The notes beneath the pieces were generated by a model, which saw nothing but the letters and a program-made list of their open reading frames with translations, was not told the DNA's origin and ran no database searches. Of a DNA stretch of 63,740 nucleotides, positions 11,663 through 22,452 are shown in pieces (the stretch's first letter is position 1; each line of letters opens with the position of its first letter). The position numbers were made by a program, and so were the translations under genes. Source of the DNA: Pseudomonadota bacterium (GTDB lineage: Bacteria; Desulfobacterota; Desulfobacteria; Desulfobacterales; JBDRRP01); contig JBDRRP010000044.1 in NCBI GenBank assembly GCA_043825735.1, positions 1 to 63,740 of the forward strand, written 5' to 3'.

Positions 11663-14317
11663 ATGACCGCACTTCATCGCACCGTTTTTTTCCGGCACCA
11701 CACGGCGCTCGGCGCCACCATGGTACCGTTTGGCGGCTGGCAAATGCCTGTCCAGTATCCCGGCGGCATCATCCAGGAGCATCTGGCCACCCGGAAGGGT
11801 GCCGGTCTCTTCGATGTCTCCCACATGGGACGGTTCGTTCTTTCAGGAAAAGACGCCCTGCCCATGCTCCAGCACACCCTCACCAACAACGCGGCTGCCC
11901 TCGAAGTGGGCGAGAGCCACTACACGCTCATCCCCGATGCGAATGGCGGCGCCATTGACGATGCCTACCTGTACCGGTTTACCGCCGAGGCATACCTGCT
12001 GGTGGTCAACGCGTCCAACCGGGAAAAAGACTGGGCCCAACTGAGCTCCTTCACCGACCGCTTTCCCGACATGGAAATGACGGACCAGACCCTCGACATG
12101 GCCATGCTCAGCCTCCAGGGACCGGCGGCCAAAGAGATCCTGACCGGCATTCTCGACCCCGGCGCGCCGCTGCCCGATCCCATGCGCAACGCCCTGGGCA
12201 TCGCCCGCGCCGGAGATGCCGAAATCTGGATCGGCCGAACCGGGTATACCGGGGAGCCGCTGTGCTTCGAGCTGTTTTTCCAGGTCGCTCACGCCGACAC
12301 CCTGTGGCAGAAACTGCTGGATGCCGGCGCCGTGCCCGTGGGCCTGGGGGCTCGGGACACCCTGCGCCTGGAGGCGGCGCTGCCCCTGTACGGCCATGAA
12401 CTCGGAGACGATGCCGAGGGCCGTCCCATCCCCCTCTATGCATCGGGATTATCCCGGTTTGCCGTGAGCTTTTCACCCTTGAAAGGCGACTACATCGGCC
12501 GCTCGGCCCTGGCGCGTCAGTTCGCAGCGTTCAAAAAAATCCTCGATCGTGATTATTCAGCGGTCTCGGACCTGCCCCGGCGCATTCTCCCCTTCGTTCT
12601 GGAAGGCAAGGGCGTGGCCCGTGCCGGTTGTCCGGTGCTGAAAAATGGGGCGCCGGCCGGAGCCGTCACCAGCGGCACCATGGTTCCCTATTGGCAGTTT
12701 TCAGGAGAGGGCATCGCTTCGGCCATCACCGGTGAAAAAGCCATGCGGGCCGTGGGGCTGGCTCTGGTGGACAGCCACCTGGCCGATGGCGACCGGGTAG
12801 AGATCGATATCCGCGGGCGCCGGGTGCCGGCACTGCTGGTACCCCACCTGCTGCGCAGCGAGGCCCCGCCGTTTGCCCGCCCCATCACGTGTTACCAGCC
12901 GCAGAAATCCCCGGCCAGCCCCCCGCTGGTGGCCCGGGGATTCCAGGCCGCCGAGCGGCTGGTGGCCAATGCCGTGGAAAACCACCAGTGGCGACAGCGG
13001 GAATGCATCAACCTGATCCCCTCGGAAATGACCCCTTCGCGACTGGTGGCGATGCTGTCCATCACCGACCCGGTTGGGCGATATGCCGAGCATAAGCCGG
13101 TCAAGGCCTTTTGCGACAGTGAGGTGTTCTACTACCAGGGCACTCATTTTATCGCCGCCGTGGAAGCCGAGGTGCGCACCGAAATGGCCGCCTATCTCGG
13201 ATGCACCCAGGTGGAAACCCGACCCATCAGCGGACAGATGGCCAACATGGCCCTTTTCAGCGCCATGGTCGATCACCGCAACCGGGCCGATCGCAAGCGG
13301 GAGCAGGCACGGATGCAGCCGGTGATGAACCACCACATCATCCGCGGCGGCCACCTCAGTGCCCAGCCCATGGGCGCCTTGCGCGATTACGTGGCCCGCG
13401 ACCCTCGGACTGAAAAACCCGCCGTGGTGAATTTCCCCGTGCTCGCCGACAACCCCTACCAGATCGATATCGCCGCCTGCCGGCAGCTCATGGCCGAACA
13501 CCGCCCGGAGTTCATCATCCTGGGAAAAAGCATGATCCTTCACCGGGAACCGGTAGCAGACATCCGCGCCATCGTATCGGAGCTGGAACTGCCGGCCGTC
13601 ATCCTCTACGACATGGCCCACGTGCTCGGGCTGGTGGGCCCTCATTTTCAGCAGCCCTTCGCCGAAGGCGCAGATATCGTCACCGGATCCACCCACAAGA
13701 CATTTTTCGGCCCCCAGCGTGGCATCATCGCCGCCAACGTGACCGAGGCCGATTCGGCCTGGGAACTGTGGGAGGCCATCGGCCGTCGCAGTTTTCCGGG
13801 CAGCACCAGCAATCACCACCCGGGCACCCTGCTGGCGCTGCTCATGGCCCTTCACGAAATGAACACCTTCAAAGCCGACTATCAGCCGGCCGTCATTAAA
13901 AACGCCAAAGCATTTGCCGCCGCCCTGGCAGACCTGGGCATGACGGTGGCCGGCGACCCGGCCATCGGGTTCACCGAGACCCACCAGGTGATCCTCGAGG
14001 TCGGCTATGCCCGAGGCCCCGAGATCGCCCGCCGTCTGGAAGAAAACAACATCATCGTCAACTACCAGGCCACCCCGCAAGAGGAAGGATTCACCGCTTC
14101 GGGCGCCCTGCGGATGGGGGTTGCGGAGATGACCCGGTTCGGCATGGCCGAAGAAGACTTCCGGACGCTGGCCCAGCTTTTGAAAGACATTGTTGTCGAC
14201 GACCGCAGCGCTCGCGCGGCGGTGGCCGATTTCCGAAAACGCTTCCAGGACATGCGTTATTGCTTCGATACCGCCGCCGTGGAGCCATTGATCCAGAAAC
14301 TGCATCGACTGATATGA
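11663..14317 (+). CDS. gcvT: Glycine cleavage T protein (aminomethyltransferase) fused to serine hydroxymethyltransferase
   Basis: N-half FGGWQMP, GLFDVSHMG, RTGYTGE, GLGARDTLRLEA; C-half INLIPSE, RYAE, DMAH, STHKT (PLP Lys), SGALRMG; AAGGAG RBS before ATG 11663. Confidence 0.9.
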   Translation: MTALHRTVFFRHHTALGATMVPFGGWQMPVQYPGGIIQEHLATRKGAGLFDVSHMGRFVLSGKDALPMLQHTLTNNAAALEVGESHYTLIPDANGGAIDDAYLYRFTAEAYLLVVNASNREKDWAQLSSFTDRFPDMEMTDQTLDMAMLSLQGPAAKEILTGILDPGAPLPDPMRNALGIARAGDAEIWIGRTGYTGEPLCFELFFQVAHADTLWQKLLDAGAVPVGLGARDTLRLEAALPLYGHELGDDAEGRPIPLYASGLSRFAVSFSPLKGDYIGRSALARQFAAFKKILDRDYSAVSDLPRRILPFVLEGKGVARAGCPVLKNGAPAGAVTSGTMVPYWQFSGEGIASAITGEKAMRAVGLALVDSHLADGDRVEIDIRGRRVPALLVPHLLRSEAPPFARPITCYQPQKSPASPPLVARGFQAAERLVANAVENHQWRQRECINLIPSEMTPSRLVAMLSITDPVGRYAEHKPVKAFCDSEVFYYQGTHFIAAVEAEVRTEMAAYLGCTQVETRPISGQMANMALFSAMVDHRNRADRKREQARMQPVMNHHIIRGGHLSAQPMGALRDYVARDPRTEKPAVVNFPVLADNPYQIDIAACRQLMAEHRPEFIILGKSMILHREPVADIRAIVSELELPAVILYDMAHVLGLVGPHFQQPFAEGADIVTGSTHKTFFGPQRGIIAANVTEADSAWELWEAIGRRSFPGSTSNHHPGTLLALLMALHEMNTFKADYQPAVIKNAKAFAAALADLGMTVAGDPAIGFTETHQVILEVGYARGPEIARRLEENNIIVNYQATPQEEGFTASGALRMGVAEMTRFGMAEEDFRTLAQLLKDIVVDDRSARAAVADFRKRFQDMRYCFDTAAVEPLIQKLHRLI

Positions 14318-14973
14318 CACAGCAGAAAAAAAAGCCGCCGCAACCCCTGAAAGGGGAATATCGGACCCTCAGGGTCCCTGTCGATCGGGTGGAAAAGGCC
14401 TCAGCAGCGGCGCCCCCGCTCATTGCAGAGGACATCCGCGTTCCGGAAACCATGAAATCGCAGATGGCCCGGCTCGATCTTACCGATCTCGATACCGATG
14501 ACGACGCCCGGCGACGGGAGACGGCCGTTGCCGAGACCGCGGCCCAGCAGACGCTGGTGGACTATTTTGAAGGGCGCAGTGTACTCACCGAAGCCCTCAT
14601 CGACGTCTACCTGGAAGAAACCCGCAACGCCCAGAGCAACGACATGCTGATATTGCGCTATCACCACCAGGGAAACCGGCCGCTGGAACAACTGATCACC
14701 GCCTGCATCGCACGCGATCCCACCAACAAGGGGCTGCTCTACGATCTGGCGCACCTGAGTCGGTTTATCGGCCAGACACTGCCGGTTATAGACCATTATT
14801 GCCGCGCCCTTATAATGGAAAGCGCATGGCCCCGGCTGAGGGCCCTGGCCGATGACATCTGCGACCACGGGCATTTGAGAACACCGGCGTCACGATCCCG
14901 GTTCCAGGAATTACTCCGAGACCACCCGGAAAAATGGCAGCTGGTAGACAACACCATGGCGCGACACGGCTGA
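14314..14973 (+). CDS. Hypothetical protein
   Basis: ATGA overlap with upstream stop; no motif recognised. Confidence 0.6.
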   Translation: MTQQKKKPPQPLKGEYRTLRVPVDRVEKASAAAPPLIAEDIRVPETMKSQMARLDLTDLDTDDDARRRETAVAETAAQQTLVDYFEGRSVLTEALIDVYLEETRNAQSNDMLILRYHHQGNRPLEQLITACIARDPTNKGLLYDLAHLSRFIGQTLPVIDHYCRALIMESAWPRLRALADDICDHGHLRTPASRSRFQELLRDHPEKWQLVDNTMARHG

Positions 14974-15004
14974 CGCCGCCTCGTGCCCTGAAGGAAGGCA
15001 CAAG

Positions 15005-15256
15005 ATGAGTGAGATCCGGATGACCTGCGCCGTGCGTACGGACTATGACTGCGAGACCACCGGCCTGCCGGCAGAGCGGTGGGCGGAAGCGGTATTCACC
15101 TGTGGCGGGGAGGAACTGGTGATGGAGGTCAGCGTCGAAAACGATGTGATCGTCGCCATCATGGCCGGTGAATCCGCGATGTGGAAAGGCACTCTCAAAG
15201 GGCTCAAGGAACTTCTTGCCAAGGGCATTCAGCCGGTGGGCGTTTCCGGTAAGTAG
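15005..15256 (+). CDS. Small hypothetical protein
   Basis: AAGGA RBS, host-like codon usage. Confidence 0.65.
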   Translation: MSEIRMTCAVRTDYDCETTGLPAERWAEAVFTCGGEELVMEVSVENDVIVAIMAGESAMWKGTLKGLKELLAKGIQPVGVSGK

Positions 15257-15413
15257 CCGCAGCACTGAGTATGAACCACGAAGGCCACGAAGTGCACGAA
15301 GAAAAGCCAAAAAACAAGTGGGTTAGAAAACCTTCGTGAACTTCGTGGTAATCAAAAACATCGGGTGCTGTGAAGCACCGGCACGGCCACTTGAATTTTG
15401 TGCATAACCAGAT
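15257..15413. repeat. Palindromic 9-bp-unit intergenic element
   Basis: AACCACGAAGGCCACGAAGTGCACGAAG...CCTTCGTGAACTTCGTGGT. Confidence 0.85.
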
Positions 15414-15518
15414 TTCAGAATTGTTGAATCCCCGCATGGACGCAGGGCATTTTGAAACCGCCTGCTCCGAGAACCGCAGGCCCCGGAACGGGCTTTTTGA
15501 GGCGACCGATTTGACGCC

Positions 15519-18500
15519 ATGAAAATTCATCCGCTCACAGCGCTCTACGACACCGATCAAAAAGTGGCCTCCCGATTCAACGGCCTGATCATCCTTTCCG
15601 TGCTGGTCTCGGTGCTGGTCACCGCACTGGTCATCACCACCTTGCTGCTCCACTGGTACCGCAAGGACGTCATCGAAAAGGACGAGCTGCACAACAAGGG
15701 GCTCGCCAAGGCGGTGCAGGGGTTCATCGCCCACGCCGTCACGCTCAATTACCAGCTGTCCATCAACCAGGAAATCATCAACGCCGTACTCTCCGCCCAT
15801 GCTGACTGGCAGCTGCGCGCCGATCTCTACGAATTCACCTACCCCCAGGAAGAATCGGCCGCCGAGGAGGGGGGGCACCGACTGCTCGTTCGAATGCAGC
15901 GTCAGTACCCGTTCGTGGATCTCTTCTACGTCCAGGATGAAAACGGCGATCAGGTGGCGCGCAGCAATGGCCCCCTGGGACAGCGCGGCACCCGCTGGTG
16001 GTTCAAACAGATCGCCACCGATCCGGAGCACCACCCCTTTTTCTCCAAATCGTATTTTTCAATGACGGGCAACAAGCCGGTGGCATCCGCCTTTCATCCC
16101 ATTTTCCTCGACAACCGGTTCATTGGTGTGGTCGGTACCGACATCAATTTCGACAGCCTCCAGGACGTGGTCGCCAATTACCTCGGTTCCAAGGATCTAT
16201 ACGCCATCGTTCTGGATAACGATGGGACCATCATCGCCCATCCCGATCGGGAAAAGCTGCAGGAGCTTTACAATCTGAAGCGCCTGACCCGTCAACGCCT
16301 GCTGCACAACGAGAAAGGAGAGCCGATCCTCACCCCGGACGGCTATCATGAGACCGAGGCGGCACCGCTGGAATGGGACGCCGCCGTGGCAGGCATCGCC
16401 CGCCGCGTCTTGAATGGAGAAAGCGGTGTGGCCCGGAGCATCACCATCGGCGAGACCCGGTGCAATTTGTATTTCGAGCCGGTGCCCCTGCCCGGCCAGC
16501 CCGGGGTCAACTACGCCACGATCCTGATCCGCAACACCGCTTCCATCAGCCAGACACAGCTCGTCATCGGCGCGTTCGCCCTCATTTTCTCGCTGATCGC
16601 CAGCGCCGGACTCATCACGGTGTTCCGGTGGCAGTTTAAACGGCAGGTACTGACACCGCTGGGAGAATTGTCCCATGCCATGGGGCAGGCCAGCGCTCGG
16701 CTGGATGCGCCCCATCTCGATGTCACCACCGGCGACGAGTTCCAGTTGCTCGCCTTCTCCTACAACGAAATGCGCCACAATGTGGCAGAGGTCTACGACC
16801 GGCTCCGCAGAAATAATGTCGAGCTCGAGCAGAAGGTGGCCGAGCGCACCAAGGAACTGGAGACGGCCAATGCAGAGCTGCGCGAGGACATCGAAAAGCG
16901 AAAACGCATGGAACAGGCCCTGCGCAGCAGCGAAGATCTCTACCGACGAACCATGGAGGCCTCTCCGGACGCCATTACCATCAGCCGTATCAAGGACGGC
17001 CGGTTCTATGTGGTCAATGATGCCTTCTGCCGCCACTCCGGATATACCCGGGAAGAAACCATCTCCCACACCACAACGGACCTGACCCTCTTTGCGAATC
17101 TCAACGAACGCGACCGCCTTGTCCGGGAGCTCATTGACCAGGGCGCGGTCAACAGCCACGAAATCCGCTGGCAATCAAAAGACGGTCGCATCATCCACGC
17201 CCTCGTCTCCGCAAGGCACCTCACCTACCACGATGAAAAATGCATGATCACCGTGGTGACCGACATCACGCGGAGGAAACAGGCGGAAAACGAAGTCCTT
17301 AAGCTGAACCGGGAGCTGGAAAACCGCGTGTCCGAACGCACACACCAGTTGGAGGCCTCCATCGCGCAGGCCCGGCAACTGGCCCGTGACGCCGAGACCG
17401 CCAATATCGCCAAGAGTACTTTTCTGGCCAATATGAGCCATGAAATCCGCACGCCGATGAATGGCATCATCGGCATGTGCAATCTCGCCCTGGGTACGGA
17501 GCTCACGCCCAAACAGCAGGAATACTTGGAGATCATCCGCTCGTCGGCCACGTCGCTGCTGCTCCTGCTCAACGATATCCTCGATTTTTCAAAAATCGAA
17601 GCCGGCAAGTACCGATTCGAGAACATCCCCTTCGATGTGCACACGGTCATTGACGGGGTTTCCGATATCTTCATTGAAAACGTGTCCGACAAGGACATCG
17701 AACTGATCATCGATATTGCACCGACCGTGCCCCGGAGCCTGATCTCAGACCCCAACCGGCTCAGGCAGATCCTGGTCAATCTGCTTTCAAACGCCATCAA
17801 ATTCACCGACGCCGGCGAGATCCAGATCACGGTAACCCCTGAAGCATCGACCAAAAACAGCATCGATCTGCGCTTCTGTGTCCAGGACACGGGCATCGGC
17901 ATCCCCGTTGAAGCCCAGGACAAACTCTTCGACCTCTTTTTCCAGGCCGACGGGTCGGCCACCCGCAAGTACGGCGGTACGGGATTGGGGCTGGCCATCT
18001 GCAAACGACTGGTGAATCTCATGGGCGGCGACATCTGGCTCGAAAGCCAGGTGGGCCGCGGCAGCCGGTTCTACTTCACCGGCCGATTCGAACTGGCGGT
18101 TACCGCCACCGACGGCGAGCCCGCCTCACGCGAGGGGCTCAAGGGGCGAGCAGTCCTTCTCGTGGAAGACAACCGCACCACACGGCTGGTGATCTCCCGC
18201 TACCTTGCAGGATTTGGCATGACGGTGGTCTCCTCCGACAATGCCGAAGAAGCCCTTGAAATCCTCCAATCACCACACCCCTCCCCGATTGAATTCGTCC
18301 TGATGGATATCGGGCTGCCCTGCATGGACGGCATCACCGCCATCAATATCATCCGGGGTCTCTCGTTGCCGGTGACGCCGCGGCTGATCATCATCAGCGC
18401 ATCCGGGAAAAAGGACGATGTTGAACGGGCGCGGAACAGCGGGGTGGAACACTATCTCATCAAGCCGGTGAAGCGGTCCTCTCTGATGAATACGCTGCTG

Positions 18501-19358
18501 GAATCCATCGGTTTTCAACCCGCCGCCCCCAGCGCCAATTCGAACCAGGGGGATGCCGACACGAACTTCAGCGGTATAACGGTTCTACTGGTTGAGGACA
18601 ATCCCATCAACCAGCGGGTGGCTGTTGAGGTACTGACCCAGACGGGCGCGATAGTGGATACTGTCGGAAACGGGCTTCTGGCAGTGTCGGCTGTCAAGGA
18701 AAAACGATACGACATCGTATTGATGGACATCCAGATGCCCGAAATGGACGGTCTCGAGGCCACCCGGCATATCCGCCGAATCCGAGGTTCGAAGGCGCTG
18801 CCCATCGTGGCCATGACGGCGCGAACCATGGAAGGCGACCGGGATGCCTGTATCGCGGCCGGGATGAATGACTACATTCCCAAACCCATCGACCGCGCAG
18901 AGCTGTTCCGGGCCATCCGGACCCACGTTGCCGTGCCGAGGCTCACCGCCCCTCCCACCGGCCGAATCACCGATGACCCGGCATCGGTACCGGCGTTGCC
19001 CGAGCAGATGCCGGGACTGAACATCCGTGAGGGCATTCAGCGTCTCGGTGGCGATTGGCTGTTTTACAGAGACATTCTCCAGGAATACTGCACGCATTAC
19101 AGGGATGCGGCGGTGAGCATTTCAGCGCAGATCTCCAACGGCGAGACGGATGCGGCGCGGCACAGCGTTCACGCCCTCAAGGGCGCCGCAGGCAACATCG
19201 GCGCCACGCGCCTTTTCGAGATCGCCCAGGCCGTTGAGGCCGCCCTTCGAAACGGCGAAGCACCGACAATCAAAACATTGATACCAACGCTGGATGAAGC
19301 GCTGAAAGAGTTGTTTCAGACGGTGGAGCGACTCACGACCTGCCCGGTCGACGACTGA
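15519..19358 (+). CDS. Hybrid sensor histidine kinase (Cache-HAMP-PAS-HisKA-HATPase-REC-REC-HPt)
   Basis: Two TMs, FLANMSHEIRTPMNG, GGTGLGLAI, two receiver domains, HALKGAAGNIG. Confidence 0.93.
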   Translation: MKIHPLTALYDTDQKVASRFNGLIILSVLVSVLVTALVITTLLLHWYRKDVIEKDELHNKGLAKAVQGFIAHAVTLNYQLSINQEIINAVLSAHADWQLRADLYEFTYPQEESAAEEGGHRLLVRMQRQYPFVDLFYVQDENGDQVARSNGPLGQRGTRWWFKQIATDPEHHPFFSKSYFSMTGNKPVASAFHPIFLDNRFIGVVGTDINFDSLQDVVANYLGSKDLYAIVLDNDGTIIAHPDREKLQELYNLKRLTRQRLLHNEKGEPILTPDGYHETEAAPLEWDAAVAGIARRVLNGESGVARSITIGETRCNLYFEPVPLPGQPGVNYATILIRNTASISQTQLVIGAFALIFSLIASAGLITVFRWQFKRQVLTPLGELSHAMGQASARLDAPHLDVTTGDEFQLLAFSYNEMRHNVAEVYDRLRRNNVELEQKVAERTKELETANAELREDIEKRKRMEQALRSSEDLYRRTMEASPDAITISRIKDGRFYVVNDAFCRHSGYTREETISHTTTDLTLFANLNERDRLVRELIDQGAVNSHEIRWQSKDGRIIHALVSARHLTYHDEKCMITVVTDITRRKQAENEVLKLNRELENRVSERTHQLEASIAQARQLARDAETANIAKSTFLANMSHEIRTPMNGIIGMCNLALGTELTPKQQEYLEIIRSSATSLLLLLNDILDFSKIEAGKYRFENIPFDVHTVIDGVSDIFIENVSDKDIELIIDIAPTVPRSLISDPNRLRQILVNLLSNAIKFTDAGEIQITVTPEASTKNSIDLRFCVQDTGIGIPVEAQDKLFDLFFQADGSATRKYGGTGLGLAICKRLVNLMGGDIWLESQVGRGSRFYFTGRFELAVTATDGEPASREGLKGRAVLLVEDNRTTRLVISRYLAGFGMTVVSSDNAEEALEILQSPHPSPIEFVLMDIGLPCMDGITAINIIRGLSLPVTPRLIIISASGKKDDVERARNSGVEHYLIKPVKRSSLMNTLLESIGFQPAAPSANSNQGDADTNFSGITVLLVEDNPINQRVAVEVLTQTGAIVDTVGNGLLAVSAVKEKRYDIVLMDIQMPEMDGLEATRHIRRIRGSKALPIVAMTARTMEGDRDACIAAGMNDYIPKPIDRAELFRAIRTHVAVPRLTAPPTGRITDDPASVPALPEQMPGLNIREGIQRLGGDWLFYRDILQEYCTHYRDAAVSISAQISNGETDAARHSVHALKGAAGNIGATRLFEIAQAVEAALRNGEAPTIKTLIPTLDEALKELFQTVERLTTCPVDD

Positions 19359-19613
19359 CACCGAGCCGCCGTCAATGAGCCCTGACATCGATCTCGTCTG
19401 TGGCTGGCACACCCACGCTTGGGGCATCGCGGCAATGGTCGCCCTGAGACCCCATTGCCCCCCCCTCGAACCGCGCCCGCAGGTAACCATTCCATCCGCC
19501 AAAGCCCATCGCCCGACAGCCCCGGTCAGCTCGCATCACCGTCGCAAACCAGCAGGGCAGACGCGAGATCCGGACCCTTACGACCATTGCCCGGATCGGC
19601 AGACACATTTCTG

Positions 19614-19664
19614 TTGACTCATTCTCGAAAACAAATTAGCGTTTATTTATCGAGCGGCGCTCGA
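19614..19664 (+). promoter_or_regulatory. sigma70 promoter with downstream palindromic operator
   Basis: TTGACT-N17-TAGCGT, then TCGAGCG-G-CGCTCGA palindrome at 19650-19664. Confidence 0.55.
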
Positions 19665-19690
19665 AACAACTCAGAATGAGGGAGAAATCA

Positions 19691-20527
19691 ATGATCTGCA
19701 CTGATTTAAAAGGCCGCGTGGCGCTGGTAACCGGCGCCGGCAAACGCACCGGTATCGGCTATGCCATCGCCAGACAGCTTGCCGAAAACGGCGCCCACAT
19801 CGTCATCACCGATCTGGGCACACTGGCCGGTGACGGCCATCAGGTAGCCACCGGCAGTGCCCCCGAAATGACGGAAATCGCCGAAGAGATCGCCGCAGCC
19901 AGCGGTGTGCGGGCCATGGCCGTCAGCATGGATGTGGGCAGCGGCCCTTCCATCGACGAGATGATCACGGCAGTGCGTAAAGAATTCGGGCGCATCGACA
20001 TCGTGTGCAATAATGCCGGGGCGTCCTTTGGGGTGCCCAACGCCGTGCATACCTATGACGAAGCCGCATGGATGAAAACCATCGACATCAATCTGCACGG
20101 TGTCTTTCGGGTATCCCGGGCGGTCATCCCTCTGATGCAGGGCGGCGGGGTCATCATCAACACTGCTTCCCGCGCCGGCAAGGTCCCCGCCCTTTTTAAC
20201 GGAGCCTATTCCGTGGCCAAAGCCGGTGTCATCATGCTCACCAAGGTTATGGCTGCCGAATTGGCCGGCATGGGCATCCGAGTCAACGCCGTCTGCCCCG
20301 GTCAGATCATGACTGATCTAGAAAAATGGCGCTTTGAGCTTGAGGCGCAGTTCTTTGGTTCAACGGCCGAGCAACGGGAAGCGGAGATGTGCAAGACGAT
20401 CCCGTTGGCCCGCATTGGCAAACCCTTGGAAGTGGCGCGCCTCGTGGCGTTTCTGGCCTCCGATGCGTCTTCTTACATGACCGGCCAGGCGATCAATGTC
20501 ACCGGCGGCCAGTTGATGGAACTTTAA
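19691..20527 (+). CDS. SDR family oxidoreductase
   Basis: TGAGKRTGIG, NNAG, YSVAK, NAVCPG. Confidence 0.92.
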   Translation: MICTDLKGRVALVTGAGKRTGIGYAIARQLAENGAHIVITDLGTLAGDGHQVATGSAPEMTEIAEEIAAASGVRAMAVSMDVGSGPSIDEMITAVRKEFGRIDIVCNNAGASFGVPNAVHTYDEAAWMKTIDINLHGVFRVSRAVIPLMQGGGVIINTASRAGKVPALFNGAYSVAKAGVIMLTKVMAAELAGMGIRVNAVCPGQIMTDLEKWRFELEAQFFGSTAEQREAEMCKTIPLARIGKPLEVARLVAFLASDASSYMTGQAINVTGGQLMEL

Positions 20528-20608
20528 ACCACAGAGGCCGCAGAGAACCGCAGAGAATACACTGAATGATTAGTAAGTTATCTCTGCGCCCCCTGCGTCC
20601 TCTGTGGT
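20527..20608. repeat. Palindromic 9-bp-unit element (CGCAGAG variant)
   Basis: AACCACAGAGGCCGCAGAGAACCGCAGAG...TCTCTGCGCCCCCTGCGTCCTCTGTGGT. Confidence 0.8.
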
Positions 20609-20653
20609 GATTTCAGATTTATTACGAGCCAGTCAACATTAAGGAGAGAACTC

Positions 20654-22348
20654 ATGGCAATGGTTACCGGCGGCCGGCTCGCGGCCGAAGCCCTCATCGC
20701 AAGAAACGTCAAACACATATTTACCCTCAGCGGCGGGCACATCACCCCCATTTACCAGCATCTGGAAGGCAGCGGCGTCACGCTCTTTGACACCCGCCAC
20801 GAGCAGGCCGCGGCATTCATGGCCGAGGCCTGGGGAAAGCTCACCCGCGAGCCGGGCGTGTGCATGGTCACCGCCGGCCCCGGATTCACCAACGCACTCA
20901 CCGGCATTGCCAGCGCAAATTTTTCCAATACGCCCCTGGTGTTCATTGCCGGTTGCGTCGGAATGGATCACAAAGAAAAACTCGATCTTCAGGACATGGA
21001 CCAGGAGCCGGTCATCCGCCCCATGGTCAAAAAGACCTTCGTGTGCCAAAAACCCGAACGGGTGCCCGAGTTCATCGACATGGCCTTTCGCACCGCCACC
21101 ACCGGCCGCCCCGGGCCGGTATACCTGGAACTGCCCGTGGATGTGCTCAACGCCACGGTGGAGTCCGACACGGTTCGCCGACCCGTAACCCAGCCCACCG
21201 GCGGCGGCATCGACCTGGCGCAGACCGGCGCCGCGCTGGCGCTGCTGGCCGCGGCCGAGCGACCGGTAATCATCGCCGGCAGCGGAATCTGGCATGCCGA
21301 TGCCGGCGCTGAGTTGACGGCGTTTGTTGAAACAGCGGGCATTCCTGTCTTTACATCCCTTGCCGGGCGGGGGGTCATTTCAGACACCCATCCGTTGTGT
21401 TTCGAGGGCGCCCTGGCCATCCGTCCCGGCGGCGCCTTCGCCGCTTACATCGAAACCGATCTGGTCCTGGTGCTGGGTACCCGCATCGGCCTCTATTACC
21501 TGTTCGGCGATGTGATCAATCCGACGGCCAAAATGATTCAGGTGGACGTGATGGCCGAAGAAATCGGTCGCAACCGGGCAGTGGACGTGCCGGTGGTGGG
21601 TGACGTGAAGGCGTTTCTCACTGAAGCCAACTGCCGTCTGGCGGCAGGCGACGGCGGCGCAGCCATGAAGGCGCGATTTCAACCGTGGGTCGACAAGATC
21701 AATCAGGCCCACGCGGACGGGAAAGCGCCGGCCATGGCCGACTGGCAGAAATCTGAAAAACCTATCCACCCCATGCGTCTGGCGCGGGAAATCGACGATT
21801 TCATGAATCGTGAGGATGACATCGTCGTGGCCGACGGGGGTGATACCACGACATGGATGGGCATGACCCGCACCCTGAAAAGGGGCGGTCACTACCTCGA
21901 TTACGGCGTGTACGGCAGCCTCGGCGTCGGCATCCCCTACGCCAACGCCGCCAAACTCCGGTACCCCGAAAAGCGGGTCCTGCTCATTACCGGAGACGGC
22001 TCCTTCGGTTTCAATTTCATGGAAATGGAAAACGCCATCCGAAAGGGGCTGCCCATCGTCGTGGTCATTTGTAACGATCAAGGTTGGGGAATGATTCGCC
22101 ACAGCCAGGAAATCCGCATCGGTCACGCCATCGAAGCCGGCACCTGGATCGGACCGATCAACTACCACCTGCTGGTCGCGGCGCTCGGCGGCTACGGCGC
22201 CCTGGTTGAATCGCCCGCCGACATCCGACCGGCCCTGGAGGCGGCCTTCGCATCCGGTAAAACCGCCTGCATCAACGTGATGACCGACACCACCACGGTG
22301 AGCCCGGGCTCCATGGCGCTGGCCAATGTCGGCGCTTATAAGGCATAG
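20654..22348 (+). CDS. Thiamine diphosphate-dependent enzyme (acetolactate synthase/2-hydroxyacyl-CoA lyase superfamily)
   Basis: LSGGHI, RHEQAAAFMAE, TAGPG, GDGSFGF...ND ThDP motif. Confidence 0.9.
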   Translation: MAMVTGGRLAAEALIARNVKHIFTLSGGHITPIYQHLEGSGVTLFDTRHEQAAAFMAEAWGKLTREPGVCMVTAGPGFTNALTGIASANFSNTPLVFIAGCVGMDHKEKLDLQDMDQEPVIRPMVKKTFVCQKPERVPEFIDMAFRTATTGRPGPVYLELPVDVLNATVESDTVRRPVTQPTGGGIDLAQTGAALALLAAAERPVIIAGSGIWHADAGAELTAFVETAGIPVFTSLAGRGVISDTHPLCFEGALAIRPGGAFAAYIETDLVLVLGTRIGLYYLFGDVINPTAKMIQVDVMAEEIGRNRAVDVPVVGDVKAFLTEANCRLAAGDGGAAMKARFQPWVDKINQAHADGKAPAMADWQKSEKPIHPMRLAREIDDFMNREDDIVVADGGDTTTWMGMTRTLKRGGHYLDYGVYGSLGVGIPYANAAKLRYPEKRVLLITGDGSFGFNFMEMENAIRKGLPIVVVICNDQGWGMIRHSQEIRIGHAIEAGTWIGPINYHLLVAALGGYGALVESPADIRPALEAAFASGKTACINVMTDTTTVSPGSMALANVGAYKA

Positions 22349-22350
22349 TG

Positions 22351-22435
22351 TTCTCTGCGTCTTTGCGTCTCTGCGCGAGAACTTTTTTGCCGCGGCCGGG
22401 CCGCGCATAAAACCTTCGTGACCTTCGTGGTTCAA
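22351..22435. repeat. Two orphan right arms of the 9-bp-unit element
   Basis: TTCTCTGCGTCTTTGCGTCTCTGCGCGAGA and CCTTCGTGACCTTCGTGGTTCAA. Confidence 0.7.
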
Positions 22436-22452
22436 TAACAACTATAAGGACT

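Noticed and set aside
12701..14320. 539-aa minus-strand ORF
   Set aside because: Antisense shadow of the SHMT domain.
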